A stretch of DNA of 64,000 bases, taken from the NCBI GenBank assembly GCA_964490125.1, contig CAZBAJ010000002.1, positions 23,011 through 87,010 of the forward strand, in the 5' to 3' direction. Origin of the DNA: an uncultured Candidatus Saccharibacteria bacterium (GTDB taxonomy: Bacteria > Patescibacteriota > WWE3 > UBA101185 > UBA10185). The notes below the pieces were generated by a model, which saw nothing but the letters and a program-made list of their open reading frames with translations, ran no database searches and was not told the origin of the DNA. The number at the start of each line of letters is the position of its first letter. Positions within the stretch are counted from its first letter, which is position 1. The position numbers and the translations under genes were made by a program. Shown here in pieces: positions 37,873 to 47,932 of the stretch.

Positions 37873-39990
37873 ATGGCAAAAATTAACGGGACGACAAGTA
37901 AGAAAGTCAAGACGCAAGAAAACACGGCGGATATGCAAAAAAGCACGGTGAAAAATAGTAATAACAATCTGCTAAAAACGGTAGTCAAACAAATGGGTGG
38001 GGGCGCTACAACGGCGCAGGGGGAGCAAAATATGGGTTTTCCGCCCATGCCCAATCTGCCGGGTTTGCCAAAACTTCCCCAAAAGTCGCCCCAAAACCTG
38101 TTTAGCAACATTTTCTTTTGGATGCTTTTGGTGCTGGGCTTTTATCTGGTCTTCAACGCGTTTTCCACCCAGTCGCAACAAGCTTTGCCAGAAAAACCCA
38201 TTACGGAGGTTTTAAAACTAATTAAGGACGACAAGGTTCAGGATGTTGCAGTTACGGGCGACGATTTGGAGATTTTGCTTAAGGACGGGGAAAGGTTTAC
38301 GGCAAAAAAGGAGCTGGGTTTAAGTTTTGATCAACTTCTTAAAAATAACGATCTTTCTGTGGACAAAATCGGCGGGAAAATCTTGGTAAAAACGCCGGTT
38401 TCATGGGAGCAGGTAATTAGCACAGGTTTATCGATTTTGTTTCCTATAATCCTGCTGGTATTTTTGTACAGACAATTTAAGATGGCAAGTGGCGACATGT
38501 TAAGTTTTGGTCGCGCGCGGGTTAAGATTTTTAATAAAGAGACGGCGGTTAAAACCACCTTTGCCGATGTTGCAGGTAATATTGAATCCAAACGCGAGCT
38601 TATAGAAATTGTGGACTTTTTAAAGAATCCAGATAAATACCGCAAACTTGGCGCACGGATTCCCAAAGGCGTGTTGTTGGTTGGACCTTCCGGCGTGGGA
38701 AAAACTTTGTTGGCTAAGGCCGTAGCGGGTGAAGCCGATGTGCCGTTTTTTAGTGCGTCCGGCAGCGAGTTTATGGAAATGCTTGTTGGCGTAGGTTCTG
38801 CGCGGGTGCGGGATCTTTTTGCTCGGGCGCGCGCCGCACAACCGTCGCTCATTTTTATTGACGAGATTGACGCCATAGGCAGACAGCGGGGGACGGGTTT
38901 TGCCGGTGGTGGACATGACGAGCGGGAACAAACCCTTAACCAGATTTTGGCGGAAATGGATGGTTTTGATACTCGCACCAATGTTTTGGTTTTGGCTGCA
39001 ACTAATCGCGGTGAATTGTTGGATCCTGCGTTGGTTCGTGCGGGCAGGTTTGACAGACGGGTTGTAGTACCGCTACCGGATCTAGCCGACAGAAAAGAAA
39101 TTATTAAACTGTATACTAAAAATAAACCCATGGCGCCGGATTTCGACGCGGACAAACTAGCCAAAAAAACCGTGGGTTTTAGTGGTGCCGACATAGAAAA
39201 CATGATGAACGAGGCAGCAATTTTGGCGGCTAGAGAAAGCAAAGTAAATATTAGCAATAAAGATTTAGACGAAGCTTCGCTTAAAGTGACCATGGGGTCA
39301 GAAAGAAAAACCATGCAGACGGAGGCGGAGCGCAAAACCACGGCGTATCACGAGGCGGGTCACGCTTTGGTGGCCACTTTTAGCAAAGACATGGATCCAG
39401 TCCAAAGAATTTCTATTGTCGCACGTGGGGCTTCACTTGGTCATACCAGTTTACCGCCGGAGCGCGACAGGTACGGGGAAACTAAAACCCGGCTAATTTC
39501 ACTAATTGCTACTATGTTGGGTGGTCGGGCAGCGGAGGTGGTTGTGTTTGACGATGTGACAACCGGGGCGTCCGACGATTTGGATAAAGCTACAAAAGTC
39601 GCGCGGGATATGGTGACGCAGTACGGTATGAGTTCCATGGGGTTGGTGTCGTACGGGGGAAAATCTATGTTTGGCATCTGGCGTAATCCGTTTGACGATG
39701 AGCCTAAATACAGTCAAGAAATAATGTCTAAAATTGATGCGGAAGTTAAAAAAATTGTGGACGACGCTTTTGAGTCGGCTAAAAAAATTCTTGTCGACCA
39801 TAAAGAGAAGTTGGACTTGCTGGCTACCAAGCTTTTGGAGGTGGAAACTTTGGACGGTGACGACTACCGCGTGCTTTTAGGTTTGCCAAATCCTGTGCCG
39901 GTTAACGGTGGGAATGGAGGTAACGGAGGTAACGGGGTTAAAGAGGCTGACGGGAAATCATTAGAGGAATCGGTATCCGGAACAAAGTAG
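37873..39990 (+). CDS. ftsH: ATP-dependent zinc metalloprotease FtsH
   Basis: AAA Walker A GPSGVGKT, SRH, HEAGHAL zinc motif. 705 aa. Confidence 0.9.
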   Translation: MAKINGTTSKKVKTQENTADMQKSTVKNSNNNLLKTVVKQMGGGATTAQGEQNMGFPPMPNLPGLPKLPQKSPQNLFSNIFFWMLLVLGFYLVFNAFSTQSQQALPEKPITEVLKLIKDDKVQDVAVTGDDLEILLKDGERFTAKKELGLSFDQLLKNNDLSVDKIGGKILVKTPVSWEQVISTGLSILFPIILLVFLYRQFKMASGDMLSFGRARVKIFNKETAVKTTFADVAGNIESKRELIEIVDFLKNPDKYRKLGARIPKGVLLVGPSGVGKTLLAKAVAGEADVPFFSASGSEFMEMLVGVGSARVRDLFARARAAQPSLIFIDEIDAIGRQRGTGFAGGGHDEREQTLNQILAEMDGFDTRTNVLVLAATNRGELLDPALVRAGRFDRRVVVPLPDLADRKEIIKLYTKNKPMAPDFDADKLAKKTVGFSGADIENMMNEAAILAARESKVNISNKDLDEASLKVTMGSERKTMQTEAERKTTAYHEAGHALVATFSKDMDPVQRISIVARGASLGHTSLPPERDRYGETKTRLISLIATMLGGRAAEVVVFDDVTTGASDDLDKATKVARDMVTQYGMSSMGLVSYGGKSMFGIWRNPFDDEPKYSQEIMSKIDAEVKKIVDDAFESAKKILVDHKEKLDLLATKLLEVETLDGDDYRVLLGLPNPVPVNGGNGGNGGNGVKEADGKSLEESVSGTK

Positions 39991-40066
39991 CTATCGGATA
40001 AAATAATCGGCTTGGGTTGAGGTTGACCTAGGTTTGGTTCAATCGCTAACTTGGATTTGAATTAAT

Positions 40067-41023
40067 ATGAAAAAGTTTTTAATCATCGACCTGTTTAACC
40101 TTATCCATCGTGCGTACCACGCCTTGCCTAAAGAATTTACTGACCGCCAGGGAAATCCCACAAACGCTATTTACGGCGTCGCCTCAATGCTCATAAATGT
40201 TCTGCAACAAGTGTCGCCCGACTATGCCGTGGCGGTTTTGGATACCAAAGTCCCTACTTTTAGGCATGTCGACTTTACGGGTTACAAGGCTCACCGTCGC
40301 CCTATGGAGGATACGCTGTCCGTGCAAATTCCTAAAATTATGGACATAGTTAGTGCGTTTGGGATTAAGATGATTTCGTCAGACGGTTATGAGGCGGACG
40401 ACTTGGTGGGCACGCTGGCTATAAAAAACGCATGCGACTGTCAGATGATTTTGCTTTCTAACGACCGGGATTTATGGCAACTAGCAGGGCAAAATATCTT
40501 AATTATGCTTCCGTCAACTAAGGGCGACAAAATTGAATGGGTAGGAAAAGCCGAGGTTTTAGCACGACTTGGCGTAACACCGGAGCAGGTGCCTGATTAC
40601 AAAGGTTTGGTGGGGGACTCCAGCGATAATATCCCGGGTGTTTACGGTATTGGACCAAAAACCGCCGGAGAATTAATTAAGGAATTTGGGTCGGTGGAGG
40701 AAATTTATAATCATGTGGATAAAGTAAAGCCGGAAGCTTTGCGCAAAAAATTGTTGGATGGATATGAGCAGGCGGTTATGAGCAAAAAATTGGCGACGCT
40801 GGATTTGGAAACACCCGTAGAATTTTCCCGCGAGGATTCTCGTTACGGGAAATTGCCTTTGGAGACTGTTGTTCCAATATTAGAGTCGTACAACTTTAAA
40901 TCTTTGCTTAAAAGGGTTGGTGCGGATGTTGGTGATGGCGGTAAAAGCAGCGTTAACGGTAAAACCGTTGGGAGAAAAAAAGAGGTCGCAGACAATCCGC
41001 AGAAAGGTCTTTTTGATGACTAA
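40067..41023 (+). CDS. 5'-3' exonuclease / flap endonuclease (Pol I N-terminal-like, H3TH motif GIGPKTA)
   Basis: Acidic-cluster 5'-nuclease domain plus H3TH. Confidence 0.75.
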   Translation: MKKFLIIDLFNLIHRAYHALPKEFTDRQGNPTNAIYGVASMLINVLQQVSPDYAVAVLDTKVPTFRHVDFTGYKAHRRPMEDTLSVQIPKIMDIVSAFGIKMISSDGYEADDLVGTLAIKNACDCQMILLSNDRDLWQLAGQNILIMLPSTKGDKIEWVGKAEVLARLGVTPEQVPDYKGLVGDSSDNIPGVYGIGPKTAGELIKEFGSVEEIYNHVDKVKPEALRKKLLDGYEQAVMSKKLATLDLETPVEFSREDSRYGKLPLETVVPILESYNFKSLLKRVGADVGDGGKSSVNGKTVGRKKEVADNPQKGLFDD

Positions 41024-41720
41024 TCAAAAGTATGTTGCAGATAAACCATCCCGTGAGGATTTGAATAGAGATTCCGCTCAACATCTCCCGGATCTAAAAG
41101 ATCGAGGCGAGATGATCGCGAAGAAGCTAAAGGAGCTGTATCCAAATCCCAAAACAGAGCTCGTCCACCAAAATGAGATGCAACTTGTGGTGGCGGTTAC
41201 GCTTTCTGCCCAAACAACCGACAAAAAAGTCAACCAAATTACCCAGTCGCTTTTTAAAAAGTATAAAACTTGGGACGATTTTGCGGGTGCGGATTTGCAA
41301 ACGCTGCAGAAAGAAATCCGTGGGGTTAATTTTCATTTGGGTAAGGCAGAAAGACTAATTAAGGCCGGCAAATACATTGTAGATAATTTTAATGGCAAGG
41401 TTCCGCAAAAACTTGTCGATCTGATAAAAATCCCGGGTGTCGCCAGAAAATCCGCTAATGTAATTTTGCAGGAACTTTGGGGTGTTGCGGAGGGTATTGT
41501 GGTTGACACGCATGTGACGCGGGTGAGTAATCGGTTGGGGTTGACGCGCGAGCAGGACGCGGTAAAAATTGAGCGCGATTTGATGAAAATTATTCCCAAG
41601 GAGTATTGGCGCAACTTCTCTGGTGCGGTAGTTTTACACGGTCGCTATGTTTGCGTCGCCAGAAAACCAAAGTGTGGTGAATGTGGGTTGAATAAACTTT
41701 GCCCCAGCGCCTTTAAATAA
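41016..41720 (+). CDS. nth: endonuclease III (HhH-GPD, C-terminal 4Fe-4S Cys cluster)
   Basis: LVVAVTLSAQTTDKKVN, GVARKSANVIL, CX6CX2CX5C. Start set to ATG 41016, overlapping the 5'-nuclease stop. Confidence 0.8.
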   Translation: MTNQKYVADKPSREDLNRDSAQHLPDLKDRGEMIAKKLKELYPNPKTELVHQNEMQLVVAVTLSAQTTDKKVNQITQSLFKKYKTWDDFAGADLQTLQKEIRGVNFHLGKAERLIKAGKYIVDNFNGKVPQKLVDLIKIPGVARKSANVILQELWGVAEGIVVDTHVTRVSNRLGLTREQDAVKIERDLMKIIPKEYWRNFSGAVVLHGRYVCVARKPKCGECGLNKLCPSAFK

Positions 41721-41739
41721 GGAGGCGTAAAATTAACTA

Positions 41740-42348
41740 ATGAAGCCTTTTTACTTCTACCATCTTATTTCTACCGATGTCGTACTAGATGAAAACGGCA
41801 TCCTGTCGCCACAATTTATGTACGACATCGGAAGATTCGCCGATTTTGACAAGTGTGTTAACAAGTACAGAGAAAGATTGGTAAGCGGGTGGGGCTTGTA
41901 TCCCGACAAGAAGCCGGAAGATCTCACTCGTTCAGAAATAGTAAAGGGAATAAATGAATTCAGGAAATCCGAGGATGGACTGGCAAAAATCTACGCCTTT
42001 AGATATTCACCTTATCGCGGTATGGGAAAAAATATGGATAGGGCAATTATGAACAAAACGGTATTAAGGCTCGATCTTAACCAACTTATTGCCGATAAAT
42101 TAGTAAAGGAAGTAGATTGGGGGTACTGGATGAGTCGCTCTGATAACACACCATTAGACAGAGGCTACTACGAAAAGGTTAGTACCGAAGAGTATTTCAA
42201 GAATTTCGACGATGATAATTCACCGGTTTTTGCCTCACTGAATCACATCGGCGTTATAACATATACAAAATGTATACCGCTAATATATCTTTGTTCGTTT
42301 GATGTTCCGGGCAACATGAGCGAAAGCGTTAGATTGGAAAGTCGTTAG
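41740..42348 (+). CDS. hypothetical protein
   Basis: 202 aa, no recognisable family. Confidence 0.3.
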   Translation: MKPFYFYHLISTDVVLDENGILSPQFMYDIGRFADFDKCVNKYRERLVSGWGLYPDKKPEDLTRSEIVKGINEFRKSEDGLAKIYAFRYSPYRGMGKNMDRAIMNKTVLRLDLNQLIADKLVKEVDWGYWMSRSDNTPLDRGYYEKVSTEEYFKNFDDDNSPVFASLNHIGVITYTKCIPLIYLCSFDVPGNMSESVRLESR

Positions 42349-42475
42349 TTTTACCTTGATGGGTTGGCATCAGTGATTTAATAGAACCACACCTCATGTC
42401 GCCTCTAGAGTTTTGCGATAACTACAACTTTTTTAGCCAGAGAAGTTAGAAAAAACGGCGTTAAGTGGTTTGAAA

Positions 42476-43282
42476 TCACTTTACAACTTCTACTTCCTCT
42501 AATAACCTCCTCGCCTCCTGTTTTCTTATTTCTGACATATCCGGCGAATTCAAGATCAAGTTGCAATAAATCTTTGCTAACGGGTAATTTCCTAGTCTAT
42601 GGTGGAATTGAGCATAAGTTAGGTAAATCCCGCCAATCCAGGCAGAAAGCTTTAAGGTTGCCTGATCGTTATTTTCAAGCTCCTCTTTGGCACCTCTGTT
42701 CACTTCGGTTTGAGCCTCGGAGAGAACTTGCCACGCTTGATCTACTCTATCTTGATTGTTTTCTAATATACCAAGCTCAAACAGTACCTTAGCTTTGTCC
42801 TTTTTTAACCAGCCTTTTGAAGCTAAGGTTCCTGCATGTAACTGTTCAGCTTGTTCAATCTTCTCCAGGGCATCTTTTAGCCTGCTGAGTTTTTCTCCTT
42901 GATCCTCTGTATTCAAAGCCATGTCGTAATAAACCATAGACATGTGAACATAAAGGTTGGAAGTGTTTCCTTGCATGTTTGGCGTTTCCGGGTGTTGATC
43001 TATCTTGTCAAGACCTTGTCGACAATATTCTAGTGCTCTGGTTTTTAATGCCTGTCTTTCCTGCGAGTCGTCAAACTGATCTGCCCATTTCCTATACAGA
43101 ATACTCAAGTGTCCGCAAACATCAGCAAAACCTCTTACATTGCTATTAGATTTGTCCCACCCCAAAACCCCTTCAAACAATTGTCTCGACTTCTCGTATT
43201 CCATCCCTTCACGCAGTTCAACGGCGCTGTTTTTTACTCCCTCCCGCTCATCCCTACTCGTTATCTTGTGTATTTTGTCCAT
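42476..43282 (-). CDS. all-helical (TPR-like) hypothetical protein
   Basis: 268 aa. Composition only. Confidence 0.3.
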   Translation of the reverse strand: MDKIHKITSRDEREGVKNSAVELREGMEYEKSRQLFEGVLGWDKSNSNVRGFADVCGHLSILYRKWADQFDDSQERQALKTRALEYCRQGLDKIDQHPETPNMQGNTSNLYVHMSMVYYDMALNTEDQGEKLSRLKDALEKIEQAEQLHAGTLASKGWLKKDKAKVLFELGILENNQDRVDQAWQVLSEAQTEVNRGAKEELENNDQATLKLSAWIGGIYLTYAQFHHRLGNYPLAKIYCNLILNSPDMSEIRKQEARRLLEEVEVVK

Positions 43283-43285
43283 AAG

Positions 43286-43735
43286 TCAAACAGTACCAGC
43301 CAATTTTTTATTTGCATTTTCAAGTAACAACTTTACATCACCTACAAATTCCTCAATTTTTCCGCTGATGCGCTGGGCATTTATTCTCCCATATGTGTGG
43401 ACTATTAAATTTCTATTGTCGGTATATTCCAGCCACTTGTTGGGATTTGTAATTAAGCCGTTTTTTATAGCTAACCTGACACATTCTTTTGGACTAAAAC
43501 ACGGCGTCCCCAGACTGTCGTTAAGACCCTTCATCAGCTTCCATGCAGTCTCAAATGTGTAGTCAAATCTTAGTATAATTCCGTCCCTAGAAAGTTCCGC
43601 CTCTGCTTTTTCGCGTGGATCCTCTATGTTCTCAAGCTCTTCCTCATCCTTTAAACCCCAAAGTAGAACGCCCTCCAATGTTAGCAAAGCGTCTTCACAC
43701 TCCTTTAATAATTGTGTCAGTTTTAATTTGTCCAT
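43286..43735 (-). CDS. HEPN-fold nucleotidyltransferase substrate-binding protein (HI0074/HepT-like toxin candidate), Rx4H motif RNLIVH
   Basis: 149 aa. Overlaps the upstream MNT gene by 13 nt. Confidence 0.55.
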   Translation of the reverse strand: MDKLKLTQLLKECEDALLTLEGVLLWGLKDEEELENIEDPREKAEAELSRDGIILRFDYTFETAWKLMKGLNDSLGTPCFSPKECVRLAIKNGLITNPNKWLEYTDNRNLIVHTYGRINAQRISGKIEEFVGDVKLLLENANKKLAGTV

Positions 43736-44034
43736 ATTTGCTTACTTTGTAGTGCGACTTTTTTGAACTCATCTTCCACTGTAGAAAAGTCCACCAAATC
43801 CACTATAAACGGAACATTTAACCTGTCAAGCTCCAGTTCTATGTTGTATCTAACCTCTGCCGGAATCGATTGACCGTTTCTACCTATAACCCCGATATCA
43901 AAGTCGCTCCATTGTTTTTGTTTGCCCGTTGCTTGGGATCCAAAAAGAAAAATCTCGTATTCGATGGGGGAAAGATATTTTAATATAATTGACTTTATTA
44001 CATCCCGGTATTTAGTGTTGTCGCTAGTATTCAT
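43723..44034 (-). CDS. minimal nucleotidyltransferase (MNT, HI0073-like antitoxin candidate)
   Basis: GS…D.D signature (FLFGSQATGKQKQWSDFDIGV). Confidence 0.6.
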   Translation of the reverse strand: MNTSDNTKYRDVIKSIILKYLSPIEYEIFLFGSQATGKQKQWSDFDIGVIGRNGQSIPAEVRYNIELELDRLNVPFIVDLVDFSTVEDEFKKVALQSKQIWTN

Positions 44035-44068
44035 GTCGACATTATACCAATAAATCGTACGACACTAT

Positions 44069-44941
44069 TTAAGCTTTACCCGCAGAGCCAAAAAGCATAA
44101 TTTTTCTTTCCACCACTTCCTGTACGGCTTTTATGGCGGGAGGTGTTAGTTTATAAAAAGCTACCTCGTTTGACGAATTTAGACTTTCTTGGAGCGATAG
44201 TTTAAATGCAATCCGCATCTCGGAATTTACATTGACCTTTACAATATTAGACTTTACTGCTTGCCTAACATCGTCGTCATTTATCCCGGAACCGCCGTGT
44301 AAGGAAAGAAAAGTGTTTGGTAATGCCTTCTGAATTTTGTCGAGTAACTCTAAATTAAGTCTTATCTCGTCAGCATAAATACCATGCAAATTTCCTATAA
44401 AACTGGCAAAAGTATCAATACCGGTTTGTTCTACAAAGTAACGCGCCTTTTCCGGGTCGGAATACATGTCCATCTGCTGAAACTTTTTAGGATCTTCTTT
44501 AGTATGATCCTCCGAGCTACCTTGAATGTAGTCCATCTCTCCCTCTACCAAAACTTCATGCGCGTGAGCCAGTTTTACCACTTCCTTAGCTACCACGATA
44601 TTTTCTTCCAAAGGCAGTTTGCTGGTATCTATATGGACATAATCAAAGCCCGCCTCAACGGCCAGTTTGCAAGTTTCAAAATCTTTGCCGTGGTCTAGGT
44701 TTAAAATTATCGGCAGACCCGTTTGCTCACGACAAATGTTTACAAGTCCAACCAATTCTTTTATCCCTATGTAGTTAACTTCCCCGTCTGACGCTTCTAG
44801 AATTAAGGGCGACTTAAGTCTTTGCCCCGCCTGAATTACGGCTTTTAAGGTTTCCAGGTTGCAGACATTAAACGCGCCTATGGCGTACCCTTGATCTTTG
44901 GCTTTTTGTAAAATTTCCCGTGTTTTTGTTTGTGTTGACAT
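44069..44941 (-). CDS. fba: class II fructose-bisphosphate aldolase
   Basis: LNLDHGKDFE and HGGSG motifs. Confidence 0.85.
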   Translation of the reverse strand: MSTQTKTREILQKAKDQGYAIGAFNVCNLETLKAVIQAGQRLKSPLILEASDGEVNYIGIKELVGLVNICREQTGLPIILNLDHGKDFETCKLAVEAGFDYVHIDTSKLPLEENIVVAKEVVKLAHAHEVLVEGEMDYIQGSSEDHTKEDPKKFQQMDMYSDPEKARYFVEQTGIDTFASFIGNLHGIYADEIRLNLELLDKIQKALPNTFLSLHGGSGINDDDVRQAVKSNIVKVNVNSEMRIAFKLSLQESLNSSNEVAFYKLTPPAIKAVQEVVERKIMLFGSAGKA

Positions 44942-45034
44942 TATTTATGAGTATACTACAATGGCTGACGAGAGTCCTGCGCGGTCACCGGACACACGGT
45001 TGGGATGAGTTAAAGCTCGCACACGCGGGCTTTT

Positions 45035-46078
45035 TTATCCGTCAATTTGTTTTATATCCGATAAGCCATTCATGGGACCGACTTCTCTAATGCAGGCGGA
45101 AGAATTTTTAAGACCCCAAGTCAGGGCGGTTTTTACATCTTTGCTGCGGACTAGGGCGGACAGAAAGCCACTGGCAAAAGCGTCGCCCGCGCCAGTTTTG
45201 TCTACGACTGGTTTGTCGATTTCATAAACTTTGGATTCGTAATAATTTTGACCGTCGTGTACGCTGGCACCATTGTCTGCGTCGGTAATTATCGTCATTT
45301 TTGGACCCAGTTTTTGGAGGACTTTGTGTAAGTGTTCCGTTTTTTGTTTTAACTCGACTTGATTGGGTTGACCGGGGAGGATGGTCTGCCTATCCGCCGA
45401 ATGGGCGCGAAGCCGGGACCCGTTCGGCGGGGGGCAGACCTCCGACCCGTTGTCGCTCTGTTTTAAAATGCGCTCCGCCTCCTCCTTGTTTACAAACAAA
45501 ACATCCGTAATTGCCAAAAACGGTGCGTAAGCTTTAAAACCGGCCTTAAAATGATAGACCCCCGGATTAAAAGCAGTAAGCACTTTGGGATGCGTCTTTA
45601 AATAGTCAACCAGTTCCCGCTGAAATGGCTCAAAGTCTTTTGGCAACGAGGAATAGTACAACCATTTTGGTTCTTCCCAGTTTCGTATTTTGTAGGTTTT
45701 AGGTTTATGGTACGACAAAATTGTGCGCTCGCCTTTGTAAATAATTATGGAATGAATATCAGTTTCGCCGTGATTTTGTACCAGCAGGGAAGTATTTACC
45801 CCCCGCTCGCCCAGCTCGCGCACAAACCTGTTCCCGTTTGCGTCGTCGCCAATTTCTGAATACACCGCCACATTTAGCCCCAATTTTGCCATGCCAACCG
45901 CCACATTGGCGCTGTTACCACCCAAGCTTGTACTAAACTGGGAAACCGGGATTTTCTCTGCATAGTCAAAACAAATTTTGCAATTATCGTGATTGATGTC
46001 GCAAATTACCTGGGCATCGTCCACGCGCAAAAACTCGTCAATAGAAACATCGCTAATTAAAATTGCGTCAAAAGGCAT
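45035..46078 (-). CDS. PfkB-family carbohydrate kinase with in-frame GC-rich hairpin insertion
   Basis: GGNSANVAVGMAKLG and DKTGAGDAFASGF motifs. 58-nt 70%-GC nested palindrome at 45383-45440 encodes the extra PPPNGSRLRAHSADRQ loop. Confidence 0.7.
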   Translation of the reverse strand: MPFDAILISDVSIDEFLRVDDAQVICDINHDNCKICFDYAEKIPVSQFSTSLGGNSANVAVGMAKLGLNVAVYSEIGDDANGNRFVRELGERGVNTSLLVQNHGETDIHSIIIYKGERTILSYHKPKTYKIRNWEEPKWLYYSSLPKDFEPFQRELVDYLKTHPKVLTAFNPGVYHFKAGFKAYAPFLAITDVLFVNKEEAERILKQSDNGSEVCPPPNGSRLRAHSADRQTILPGQPNQVELKQKTEHLHKVLQKLGPKMTIITDADNGASVHDGQNYYESKVYEIDKPVVDKTGAGDAFASGFLSALVRSKDVKTALTWGLKNSSACIREVGPMNGLSDIKQIDG

Positions 46079-46322
46079 AGGCAGTTTCCGGTGTCACGCT
46101 ACCGGCAAATAGGGCAATAACAACCATTTTTCCTATCATATAGCCAAGCGAACCCAAAAACATGCTGACGGAGAATTTGGCCGCCGGTTTAACATGGCTA
46201 AACCCACCAAGATGCATGCCCCAGTAAGTTACAATGACCATAGTAATAATTAAAGAAAACTCCACCACAGGGAAAATCCTAGAGTTTAAAACTACATTGA
46301 CGATATTTTGCGACACAACCAT
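46068..46322 (-). CDS. small membrane protein
   Basis: 84 aa, two TM. Overlaps the pfkB start. Confidence 0.3.
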   Translation of the reverse strand: MVVSQNIVNVVLNSRIFPVVEFSLIITMVIVTYWGMHLGGFSHVKPAAKFSVSMFLGSLGYMIGKMVVIALFAGSVTPETAYAF

Positions 46323-46350
46323 ATATTTTTCTTAACTTTATTTAACTTGT

Positions 46351-47304
46351 CTAGCTTTTCAAATTAACGACCCTACTCGATTTTAACACAGCTTGGGCAA
46401 TGCCGTTTTTGTCCAGCCCGTGCTTTGCTAGCAGTTGACTGTAGGTACCTGACTCCCCAAAAGTATTGTTTGCGCCAAGAATTGTAATTTTGGTTGGCTG
46501 ATAGGCGCTTAAAAATTCACAAATTGCGCTACCTAGTCCGCCAGCTTGTTGATGTTCTTCTACCACAACCAAATGTCCAAAAGTTTTTGCCAAGTCTAAA
46601 AGCAGTTTTTCGTCCAAGGGTTTTATGGTTGACGCGTTGACGACTTGGACGGAAAGTTTTTCTTCTTCCAATAACTTTTTGCCAGCTTCTAGGACTTGAG
46701 CTAAAACCGGTCCGCTTGCTATAACGCAGGCGTCGGTGCCATCCCTCAAAACAGTCCATCTACCAACTTCAAACGCGTCCTCTTTTGCAGTCAAAACTGG
46801 TGTGGCTTCCCTAAAAAGTCTTATGTAAACAGGTCCGGTAATTTTGGTTGACGAGGTAACAGCCTTTTTTGCTTCCCAATAGTCGCATGGGGAAAGTACC
46901 GTGGTATTTGGCAAAACGCGCATTAGAGCGACATCTTCTAGCATTTGGTGTGTGGCTCCGTCCGGTCCCGCGCTAAAACCCGCATGACTTCCAACAATTT
47001 TTACATTTGCGTTAGAATAACAAATTTGCGTTCTAATAAAATCGTAGTTGCGACCGGGGGAAAAGCTTGCGTAGGAAGCCATAAAAACCGTTTTACCACT
47101 CAAAGCAAGTCCAGCAGATATACCCGCCATATTTTGTTCCGCCACGCCCACCTGAAAAAATCTTTCCGGGAATTTTTGGGCAAATTTGTCGGACGCGGTG
47201 GACTTTGTTAGGTCGGCACACACCACTACAATGTTTGGATCTTTTTCAGCCAACTCCACCAAAGCGTCCCCATAGCCCTCTCTTGTCGATTTATATTCCG
47301 TCAT
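46351..47304 (-). CDS. transketolase, C-terminal (pyrimidine-binding) subunit
   Basis: QVGVAEQNMAGISAGLALSGK… Split-tkt arrangement. Confidence 0.85.
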   Translation of the reverse strand: MTEYKSTREGYGDALVELAEKDPNIVVVCADLTKSTASDKFAQKFPERFFQVGVAEQNMAGISAGLALSGKTVFMASYASFSPGRNYDFIRTQICYSNANVKIVGSHAGFSAGPDGATHQMLEDVALMRVLPNTTVLSPCDYWEAKKAVTSSTKITGPVYIRLFREATPVLTAKEDAFEVGRWTVLRDGTDACVIASGPVLAQVLEAGKKLLEEEKLSVQVVNASTIKPLDEKLLLDLAKTFGHLVVVEEHQQAGGLGSAICEFLSAYQPTKITILGANNTFGESGTYSQLLAKHGLDKNGIAQAVLKSSRVVNLKS

Positions 47305-47389
47305 GGCAGTTACTTTAACTAAGCCTACTATTAGTCATCCAACACATCTAACACCAATCGGCTCGTTAACCAGTCGTCCAGATTATTTT

Positions 47390-47929
47390 TTAGTCACAAC
47401 TTCGATTTTGCTTGACCACATCAAAACCAATTTCATTGTCGGACCGTTCTATTTTTACAATGTCCACCAGCACATTTTTCTTAACTTCTGGCACGCAGGT
47501 TGCGTCCGGGCTGTACTGAATCAACTGCACTTTTAGTTTTTTCTTGACTTTATCTAACTCCACCCGCTTTATTCTTAGCAAACCTTCCGTTTCTTCTTGG
47601 GTATCGCTGGTAACGCCAATTACCAACTCTTTATTAAAGTCCACCTGACCCAAAAGGCTATCTAGCGACGCTTGATCTGCCGTCATGTCGGCATAGGCAA
47701 AAAACTCCTGCAACTCCGCCTCATTTTCTATTACCCGTCGTACCTTTTTTATTTCTTTATCAGTTACCCACGCCCTAGGAAAACCCTCCATTCTGGTAAT
47801 TTCTATTGTATTGTCGTCCCTAAACCACGGCAATTTTAAAGTGTCCTTAAGGAGCAGGTAGCCCGCGCCTAAAATAAGTACAAAAATTAGGATAACCGGT
47901 ACTATATTCATGTTGCTTTTTCTTGTCAT
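47390..47929 (-). CDS. hypothetical N-terminally anchored protein inserted between the two transketolase subunit genes
   Basis: 179 aa. Single N-terminal TM. Confidence 0.35.
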   Translation of the reverse strand: MTRKSNMNIVPVILIFVLILGAGYLLLKDTLKLPWFRDDNTIEITRMEGFPRAWVTDKEIKKVRRVIENEAELQEFFAYADMTADQASLDSLLGQVDFNKELVIGVTSDTQEETEGLLRIKRVELDKVKKKLKVQLIQYSPDATCVPEVKKNVLVDIVKIERSDNEIGFDVVKQNRSCD

Positions 47930-47932
47930 AAA

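Noticed and set aside
38331-39341. 336-aa minus-strand ORF
   Set aside because: Antisense to ftsH, which has unambiguous motifs. A typical long antisense ORF.
44942-45034. CUGACGAG motif plus stem-T-run reminiscent of a hammerhead ribozyme or small RNA
   Set aside because: It lacks the GAAA/stem III arrangement. The hairpin before the T-run has a mismatch. It is probably just the fba-pfkB intergenic terminator region.
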